DNA of 14,328 nt, taken from contig JABCSY010000102.1 in assembly GCA_018238625.1 (NCBI GenBank), positions 1 to 14,328 on the forward strand, written 5' to 3'. Numbering within the stretch: position 1 is the stretch's first letter; each line of letters starts with the position of its first letter. Positions 7,492 through 14,328 of this stretch are shown here, piece by piece. The stretch is from Promethearchaeota archaeon (GTDB taxonomy: Archaea > Asgardarchaeota > Lokiarchaeia > Sigyniarchaeales > SOKP01). Below the pieces are notes generated by a model that was not told where the DNA came from, did not search any database, and saw only the letters and a program-made list of their open reading frames with translations. Position numbers and translations under genes: made by a program.

Positions 7492-8070
7492 ATGACCTTT
7501 GAACATGAAGTCCAGCCTTATTACATATTTAAGATATGTCTGTTGGGTCAAGGTGGTGTGGGAAAGACGTGTATAGCTAGAAGACTATGCTTTGATACAT
7601 TCAACGCAAACACAAGACTCACTATAGGAATTGATTTTTACACTTACGACATCCCTCTTGTAGTAAATGGCGATAAAACTTATGTTCGATTGAGTATATG
7701 GGATTTTGGCGGTCAAGAACAGTTTAAAAAAATGTTTAGTTATTATATCCATGGAGCAAACGGTATTTTTATGGTATTTAGCCTATTCAACCTTAATAAC
7801 ACTTTACTTGGCTTAGATTGGTGGTACGAGCACTTAATTAAGCAAAATCAAAAAGACACTCCGAAATTATTAATTGGTTGCAAAAGTGATTTAGCTGGTA
7901 GCCTTGAAAAAGTAGATGAGTTAGTAATTGAGAATTTTAGTAAGAAACACGAGAAAGTACAGTTTATTAAGACGTCTGCGAGAGACAACCTTAACATTAA
8001 AGAAATGTTTGTAGAGATAGCAAAACTAATCATGGATACTAATAATTTTAAATACGATAAAATTCTCTAA
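7492..8070 (+). CDS. Rab-like small GTPase (Ras superfamily, Asgard type)
   Basis: G1 GQGGVGKT, G2 TIGIDF, G3 WDFGGQE, G4 variant CKSD and G5 TSAR. No C-terminal cysteine prenylation motif. Confidence 0.93.
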   Translation: MTFEHEVQPYYIFKICLLGQGGVGKTCIARRLCFDTFNANTRLTIGIDFYTYDIPLVVNGDKTYVRLSIWDFGGQEQFKKMFSYYIHGANGIFMVFSLFNLNNTLLGLDWWYEHLIKQNQKDTPKLLIGCKSDLAGSLEKVDELVIENFSKKHEKVQFIKTSARDNLNIKEMFVEIAKLIMDTNNFKYDKIL

Positions 8071-8159
8071 AGATATTTTAGAAATAATTTTGGAATTTTT
8101 TAGAATTTAGATTTAAACTTTTTATTTGAATTTTTTTAAGATAGTATATCTTACTTTCG

Positions 8160-9149
8160 CTAGAATATTATTAAGATTATACCAATAATCGTCAATATTA
8201 TTCCAAAGAAACTTTGTATGGATATTTTCTCCTTATTAATCCAATAAGTTAGAGGAAGCGAAAGTAATGGGCTTGCACTAGCTAATAAAGACATAACAAT
8301 GGCACCAGCAGTGCGAGTAGCTTCAGTATATAAATAAGCTCCTAAAGAGGTGCCAATAATTGACGCTAAAAGTAAAATTAACCAAGTCTGAGAGGGTTTT
8401 TTTAGAGAAAAAGAAGTTTGATTAGGATCGGCAGTAATTTTTTCTCTCCACACCATTAATATCAAAATAGCTAAAGCAAATGGAAATCGAATTACATTGC
8501 TAATGATTGAGCTAACTCCTTCAACATTTAAAATCAGGTCAATCTGGTTTGTTGCATAATCAATAATAACTACGCCCGTTGCCCATCCGAGGGATGCAAC
8601 TAAACTATATCCTATAGCTTTAATAGAAGTATGCGCTATTATATCATGTAATTTCTTTTTCCAAGGGATATTTTTTGAATTTATTTTTAATGAATTATTA
8701 CTTTCAGCTTTAATTTTATATTTTCCAATAATAATTATCCCCAGTCCAATGAATATTAGCGACAGAATCATCTCAAGTTCAAAAGGGCGATTCAGAAAAA
8801 TAAATGATAGAATAAAAGTAAAAAGAGGAAAAGTCATGGAAATTGCTAAGGCAATTGTCGTGCCAAGTTCTTTTTGGGCTTTAAAATAAGCAGTATCACC
8901 GATTACCTGACCAAAAAGAAAACTAACGAATAATATTACCCACAATTCCCAGGGTAGTAAAAAAAGATAAGGAAGGATTCCTAAGACAACAGCAACAAGG
9001 AAAAATGTAATAGTGCCGAGAGCAGTACGAAAGAAATTAATAAATGTAGGGCTCGCATAACGCTCTGTCTTTCGATAGAGCACATTTGATCCTACAAAAG
9101 TTAGGACTGCTAAAACTGCTATTAATTCTCCAACCATAAGACTGCTCAT
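8160..9149 (-). CDS. EamA/DMT-family transporter
   Basis: About 10 TM helices in two repeats. Motifs GDTAYFKAQKELG...PLFTFILSFIFL and NKEKIS...GIILTIIGIILI. Confidence 0.88.
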   Translation of the reverse strand: MSSLMVGELIAVLAVLTFVGSNVLYRKTERYASPTFINFFRTALGTITFFLVAVVLGILPYLFLLPWELWVILFVSFLFGQVIGDTAYFKAQKELGTTIALAISMTFPLFTFILSFIFLNRPFELEMILSLIFIGLGIIIIGKYKIKAESNNSLKINSKNIPWKKKLHDIIAHTSIKAIGYSLVASLGWATGVVIIDYATNQIDLILNVEGVSSIISNVIRFPFALAILILMVWREKITADPNQTSFSLKKPSQTWLILLLASIIGTSLGAYLYTEATRTAGAIVMSLLASASPLLSLPLTYWINKEKISIQSFFGIILTIIGIILIIF

Positions 9150-9219
9150 TCTTAAATCTTTTTTTCGAATTATAAAAAAACTTTTTGACCAATATTATAA
9201 GATTTATTTGCCTTGAACT

Positions 9220-10689
9220 TTAATTTGGTTTAGTAGACAACCGTTTTCTCTTCCGACCATATTTATATAAACTTAGGAAAGATTTTGCAGCACTTTCTAT
9301 TGAGGGATACACTAAAAATCCACCCTTGACCAACTTATCGTGGAATATTTCTCTAGTTTCGCTTGGATATTGATGAAGAATAATGATGAAAACTTTTTCT
9401 AAGGATTCAGCATAGGTTTTTATACCATGTAAATTGTTGTAATAATCCTTAAACCTAACATCGTTTAAATCCCTCCAAGCGTCAGTCTCTACTATAATTA
9501 AATCGATCTCATCATCTATCGCTCCTTTACATACCTCTAAAAATACTTTATCAGCAACAACCCATGGCATATCAAAAGGGTTAGATAAACTACCGATTTT
9601 GATGGGGTAAATTTTTTTCAGTTTTTCTAGCTTTTCCCCTTCGAATAGTGGTAATTCTAAGCCTAATTCTGTTAAAGTATCGGTTGCCAAGATTCCAAAT
9701 CCTCCGGACCATAGAACAACTAAAGCCCGTTTACCTGATGGATAGATAACTTTTTTATTTAATTTTTTAAATTTTTTTATATAATTTGAAAAAAGGTAAG
9801 CGTAGTCAATCAGCTCATCTAATGACGGTGATATTTCCATAATGGCTGTTTGGTTAAAAATCGCGTCCCAAATCTTATGTTCAGACGCCATTGAACCAGT
9901 ATGAGTTAAAACTGCTTTCTGGCCTCGTTCAGTTCTACCCCCTCGCATAAAAAGTATTGGTTTTTTTGTATCTTTAAACGCTTTTAGTAGCTTTTTCCCT
10001 TCATTTTTATGCAAAATGGATAAACCTTCGAAGTAAACACAAATCAAATCAGTTTCGTCGTCGTCGTTGAAATATTGTAGAAGTTCAGAAACTTGTATGT
10101 CAATGCAATTACCTATGCTTACTCCTTTTGAAAATCGTAGGTTGTACCTTCGAGAACTAAATTTAACCATTTTGGAATGCAAATCTCCCGATTGGAAGAT
10201 TAAGCTTATATTCCCGCTTTCAACCGGAAAAGAGGAGTAATACGCGACCTTTCCGCGTGGGCAATACAAACCCATACAATTTGGTCCTATACTTCTGGTT
10301 TCTGGATAATTCATTAAAATTTCTTTTAAATCGCTTTCAATTTTAAGTCCTACTTCGTCAGATTCTGCAGTTCCAGCAGTAAAAATATGAATAAAATTTA
10401 TTCTCTTTTTAGATAACAATTCTTTTAAAGTTTGAACTACAATCTCTCTTCTAATGGATAAAATCAGTAAATCTATCGTATCGGCTGGAACATCGTCAAT
10501 GGATTTAAAACATTTTATTCCTAAAAGTTCGTCTTCTTTGGGTGAAACTAAGTAAAGTTTTTCTAAATCAAATCTTTGTCTAACAAAGCCTTCGATAAAA
10601 AAAGAAATTTTTGGTTTAGCTTCAAAAATTAATACATTTGTTGGTTTAAACAATAGTTCTAAAGAATTTGTGTTACTTTTTATTTCCAA
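9220..10689 (-). CDS. NDP-forming acyl-CoA synthetase alpha-subunit-like (CoA-binding) protein
   Basis: Motifs GPNCMG, QSG, VSIGN and YFEG, the phospho-His loop GRTERGQKAVLTHTGS, plus SGGFGILATD and SNPFD. Confidence 0.87.
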   Translation of the reverse strand: MEIKSNTNSLELLFKPTNVLIFEAKPKISFFIEGFVRQRFDLEKLYLVSPKEDELLGIKCFKSIDDVPADTIDLLILSIRREIVVQTLKELLSKKRINFIHIFTAGTAESDEVGLKIESDLKEILMNYPETRSIGPNCMGLYCPRGKVAYYSSFPVESGNISLIFQSGDLHSKMVKFSSRRYNLRFSKGVSIGNCIDIQVSELLQYFNDDDETDLICVYFEGLSILHKNEGKKLLKAFKDTKKPILFMRGGRTERGQKAVLTHTGSMASEHKIWDAIFNQTAIMEISPSLDELIDYAYLFSNYIKKFKKLNKKVIYPSGKRALVVLWSGGFGILATDTLTELGLELPLFEGEKLEKLKKIYPIKIGSLSNPFDMPWVVADKVFLEVCKGAIDDEIDLIIVETDAWRDLNDVRFKDYYNNLHGIKTYAESLEKVFIIILHQYPSETREIFHDKLVKGGFLVYPSIESAAKSFLSLYKYGRKRKRLSTKPN

Positions 10690-11284
10690 TGCGTTCCCCT
10701 AACTCGTTTGTTAAAAGATTATTACAATTATAACAGTATTTGGGAACCGAATTAAATTCTGTTCCACAATTATGACATGTTATTTTACTTTGAAGTTCAA
10801 TCTGCTTTAAATTTTCTTCTTTTGTTTCTTTTTTAAAACACTTGGTAAATTTTAAGATTAACGATAACCCAATCGAAGTAATTACGATCGTAATACCCAA
10901 AATGATTGTTTTTATAATAAGTGAAGGAAAAAGAGCAGTAAAATCTGTTTCTGAGTACCGGTAATAAAAAACATAAAAGAAGAAGTTAGGAAAAAAGAAT
11001 GTGAGCAAATTCATAGAATAAGCCTTCTTGAAATCCTTAAAAATAAAAATTGGTATTAATGATACTAAAATCCAAGTAAAACATACATACATAAAACCAA
11101 ATCTATTGCTATACATAATAAAATTCGAAAGAAGTTGGATTATCGACTTTCTTTCCTCTGAAATTGAGCTAGTAAACTCGGTTTGAGAGTTATATTGAAA
11201 TATTAGCATGAATAAACTTAAAATTAAGATTTGAATAATGAAAAGCACTAATTTACTTTTAAAACAATTCCTTGGCTTCATCAC
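10673..11284 (-). CDS. Membrane protein with C-terminal zinc ribbon
   Basis: About 4 TM helices followed by CHNC-x10-CYNC. Overlaps the next gene's start by 17 bp. Confidence 0.8.
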   Translation of the reverse strand: MMKPRNCFKSKLVLFIIQILILSLFMLIFQYNSQTEFTSSISEERKSIIQLLSNFIMYSNRFGFMYVCFTWILVSLIPIFIFKDFKKAYSMNLLTFFFPNFFFYVFYYRYSETDFTALFPSLIIKTIILGITIVITSIGLSLILKFTKCFKKETKEENLKQIELQSKITCHNCGTEFNSVPKYCYNCNNLLTNELGERIGNKK

Positions 11285-11470
11285 TAATTAATTAAAAATA
11301 TCCATAAATTAAACTCTTTGATATAAATTAATAAAAGAAAAGATAAAAAAATGCCTAATCCGAAAAATTTTTAATATTTGCTTGCTTAAATTCTTTATAG
11401 TGCAGAACTTGTTAACTTATTCTTTATTGTATTATATTGTTAATCTAAAATCTAAGAGTGATTTGGGTTT

Positions 11471-14328
11471 ATGAGCTATTCGTTTAGTCGTACTAAATTA
11501 ATTGATAAAATCAAATTCGGGTTGTTAAGCCCCGACGAGATTAGAAAGATGTCTGCTGCTAGAATTATAACAGCCGACACATATGATGAAGATGGACTCC
11601 CGATTCCTTCTGGCCTTATGGACCAACGCTTAGGAACTATTGAGCCCGGACAGAGATGTCAAACTTGTGGTAATCTCGTAAGTAACTGTATGGGTCATTT
11701 TGGGCATATTGAACTCGCCCGTCCCGTAATCCATGTCGGATATGCGAAAAAAGTATTGAAGGTCTTAAGAAGCATCTGTCCAGAATGTTCGCGGTTAATG
11801 CTGACAGAAGAAGAAATGGAGGGCTTTAGAGAAGACCAAATAAAACACAGAAAGATATACTCTGATGCGGATGCAGAAGCAACAAAGCTTGTATTCAAAC
11901 TTGCGCGAAAGAGTAAGATTTGTCCTTATTGTGGAGCTAAAAAGAAGAAGATAGTTATCGAAAAACCTACAACTTATTACGAAGAGGAGGAAAGTAAGGG
12001 TTCTCATAGAATAACTCCTATTGAGATATTAGAACGCCTTAAAATAATGACTGATAACGATCTTAGGATTTTAGGAGTATCTCCTGAAAACGCAAGGCTT
12101 GAATGGGTTATATTTACTGTTTTATCGATTCCCCCCGTTTGTGCGAGACCCTCTATTACTTTAGATAGTGGAATCAGATCTGAAGATGATTTGACTCATA
12201 AATTAGTAGATGTTATTCGTATTAATCAAAGATTAAGAGAAAATATTGACGCTGGTGCCCCTCACTTAATTGTTGAGGATTTATGGGAATTGCTCCAATA
12301 TCACATAACTACTTATTTGGATAACCAAGTGTCAGGAATTCCTCCAGCAAGACATCGCTCGGGAAGGGCATTGAGAACACTCACCCAGAGATTAAAAGGA
12401 AAGGAAGGGAGATTTAGAAGTAACCTTAGCGGAAAAAGGGTTGATTTTTCCGCTCGATCAGTAATATCACCATCTCCTTATATTAGTATTAACGAAGTGG
12501 GAGTACCATTGGCCATTGCTAAAATTTTAACTATTCCAACTAATGTTAACGATTGGAATATCGAAGAAATGAAACATTTGGTTTTAAAAGGGCCATTCGA
12601 TCATCCAGGAGCTAATTATATAATTAGAACCGATCGTAGAAGAGTAGACCTGCGATACGTTAAAAATCGAGAGATTATAGCTGAAATGCTCGCTCCTGGA
12701 TTTACTGTTGAACGCCATTTAGCAGACGGTGATTTAGTATTATTCAATCGGCAACCTTCCCTTCATAGAATGTCTATTATGGCTCATGAAGTAAAAATAA
12801 TGGAAGGTAGAACTTTCCGATTGAATTTGACAGTTTGTCCACCATATAATGCTGATTTTGATGGCGACGAAATGAATTTGCATGTTCCCCAAAGTGAAGA
12901 GGCTCGAACGGAAGCTGAATTATTACTCAAAGTTCAAGAGCATATTTTATCTCCAAGATTTGGTGGACCAATTCTTGGAGGGATTCAAGATTTCATTTCT
13001 TCAGTCTTTCAATTTACCAGTTTAAATTCACTATATAACAAAAAAGATGCTTTAATGTTATTTTATTTAGGAGATGTTTTTAAAACTAAACCCGAATTTA
13101 ATTTAGAAGATTTAACTCCCATAAAAACAGACCCTGAACCGCTCTACTCCGGAAAACAAATTTTTAGTACTTTATTTCCTGACGATTTAAATATAAAAGT
13201 CAAATCAAAATTTTGCAAAAAATGCGATGTATGCGAAAAAGAAGCCTGTCCGTACGATGCATATGTTGTAATTAAAAACGGCATACTAATAACTGGAACC
13301 ATTGACGAAAATTCATTTGGAGCTATGCAATCTAATAGCATTTTACAGAGGATAATTAAAGACCACGGAAACGCTCGTGGAAGAGAGTTTTTAGATAGCG
13401 CTACAAAAATGTTATTGTATGTTATCCGACAAAATGGAATGACAATGGGCTTAGATGAAGTATATGTTCATGGAGAAGCTTACGAAAAAATTCAAAAAAT
13501 ATTGAAAGACGCTAACGACGAATCACAAAAATTAATAAAAGCTCTATTCGAAAACGATACCACCGTTTTAAGAAGAGCTCCTGGACGCTCAATGCGCGAA
13601 ACACTGGAACTCAGAATTCGACAAATACTTGCTGAAGCGCGAAAAATGGCTGAAGAAACAGCGTCTGACTATATAGGAGATGAAGCTCATTCTGTAATTA
13701 TGACAAAGTCAGGTGCGAGAGGAAATATATTAAATTTAGGACAAATGTCTGCCGTAGTAGGACAACAAGCGATTAGAGGCGAAAGAATCAATCGAGGATA
13801 TATTTCAAGGGCACTTCCTCATTTCAAAATAAATGATTTAAGCCCTAGAGCTCGTGGTTTTGTCGAATCATCTTACCGAAAAGGGTTAAAACCAGCAGAA
13901 TTCTTCTTCCATGCGATGGGTGGAAGAGAAGGCCTTGTAGATACGGCTGTTCGTACATCCACTAGTGGATATATGCAAAGAAGGCTTGTAAACGCTTTAC
14001 AAGATATGATAATTGAAAACGACGGGACTGTAAGAAATAGTGACAAAAATATTATTCAGTTTAGATATGGTGATGACGGCATAGACCCTATGCATACCGA
14101 TCATTCTGCAGCTGTAAATCTTGATGTATTGCTACTTAAAGCTAAAGCACTTGATATTAATCAAATTCGAGAAGAAATTAAAGAATTGCCAAAACCTAAA
14201 GCGACGACAAAACCTAAAACAACGACAAAACCTAAAACAACGACAAAACCTAAAACAACGACAAAACCTAAAACAACGACAAAACCTAAAACAACGACAA
14301 AACCTAAAACAACGACAAAACCTAAAAC
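11471..14328 (+). CDS. rpoA1: DNA-directed RNA polymerase subunit A' (Rpo1N), 3'-incomplete, with in-frame repeat extension
   Basis: Manual translation from ATG 11471 gives IKFGLLSPDEIRKMS, CQTC...CMGHFGHIEL, RLKGKEGRFRSNLSGKRVDFSAR, catalytic NADFDGD (12848-12868), bridge helix FFFHAMGGREGLVDTAVRTSTSGYMQRRL and QFRYGDDGIDP. All motifs are in one frame and I saw no stop before the window end (at least 952 codons). Confidence 0.97.
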   Translation, partial: MSYSFSRTKLIDKIKFGLLSPDEIRKMSAARIITADTYDEDGLPIPSGLMDQRLGTIEPGQRCQTCGNLVSNCMGHFGHIELARPVIHVGYAKKVLKVLRSICPECSRLMLTEEEMEGFREDQIKHRKIYSDADAEATKLVFKLARKSKICPYCGAKKKKIVIEKPTTYYEEEESKGSHRITPIEILERLKIMTDNDLRILGVSPENARLEWVIFTVLSIPPVCARPSITLDSGIRSEDDLTHKLVDVIRINQRLRENIDAGAPHLIVEDLWELLQYHITTYLDNQVSGIPPARHRSGRALRTLTQRLKGKEGRFRSNLSGKRVDFSARSVISPSPYISINEVGVPLAIAKILTIPTNVNDWNIEEMKHLVLKGPFDHPGANYIIRTDRRRVDLRYVKNREIIAEMLAPGFTVERHLADGDLVLFNRQPSLHRMSIMAHEVKIMEGRTFRLNLTVCPPYNADFDGDEMNLHVPQSEEARTEAELLLKVQEHILSPRFGGPILGGIQDFISSVFQFTSLNSLYNKKDALMLFYLGDVFKTKPEFNLEDLTPIKTDPEPLYSGKQIFSTLFPDDLNIKVKSKFCKKCDVCEKEACPYDAYVVIKNGILITGTIDENSFGAMQSNSILQRIIKDHGNARGREFLDSATKMLLYVIRQNGMTMGLDEVYVHGEAYEKIQKILKDANDESQKLIKALFENDTTVLRRAPGRSMRETLELRIRQILAEARKMAEETASDYIGDEAHSVIMTKSGARGNILNLGQMSAVVGQQAIRGERINRGYISRALPHFKINDLSPRARGFVESSYRKGLKPAEFFFHAMGGREGLVDTAVRTSTSGYMQRRLVNALQDMIIENDGTVRNSDKNIIQFRYGDDGIDPMHTDHSAAVNLDVLLLKAKALDINQIREEIKELPKPKATTKPKTTTKPKTTTKPKTTTKPKTTTKPKTTTKPKTTTKPK
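14192..14328 (+). repeat. 18-bp coding tandem repeat (AAACCTAAAACAACGACA)n encoding KPKTTT
   Basis: Seven full units plus 11 bp. The first unit has GCG (KPKATT) and the rest are identical. The array runs to the last base. Confidence 0.97.

Noticed and set aside
6208-8033. Minus-strand ORFs 6208..6393 and 7848..8033
   Set aside because: Antisense to the antitoxin and GTPase genes, with no recognisable features.
13214-13249. Cys cluster CKKCDVCEKEAC in RpoA' as a novel metal site
   Set aside because: A similar Cys-rich motif before YVVIKNG is common in archaeal Rpo1N.
11695-13341. Minus-strand ORFs 11695..11898, 11795..12007 and 13144..13341
   Set aside because: Antisense shadows of rpoA'.
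11471-14100. Intein in rpoA'
   Set aside because: Motif spacing is normal (NADFDGD begins at residue 460) and no intein-sized insertion or splice motifs were seen.
14192-14328. CRISPR array or telomere-like terminal repeat (minus strand contains TTTAGG)
   Set aside because: There are no spacers, and the 18-bp unit is in frame with rpoA'. Ending in a repeat is more simply explained by an assembly or window break.

Overview
AT-rich archaeal chromosomal DNA, most likely from an Asgard archaeon of the Lokiarchaeia type. This is inferred from a tailless archaeal histone, a Rab-like GTPase with WDFGGQE and an archaeal RNA polymerase Rpo1N. From left to right the window holds: a 5'-truncated aldo/keto-reductase-like gene with an in-frame stop, a GH127 glycosidase plus GPH-family sugar transporter, a membrane protein followed by a decayed partial copy of itself, a histone, a small membrane protein, a VapBC-type toxin-antitoxin pair with a perfect 18-bp palindrome upstream, a hypothetical protein, a Rab-like GTPase, an EamA/DMT transporter, an NDP-forming acyl-CoA synthetase alpha-like protein and a zinc-ribbon membrane protein. 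The largest gene is missing from the ORF track because it has no stop in the window: RNA polymerase subunit A' (11471 to the end). It is not preceded by rpoB. It also reads in frame past the usual A' end into a perfect 18-bp tandem repeat encoding (KPKTTT)n, which runs off the window. This repeat tail or linker is the most unusual feature.
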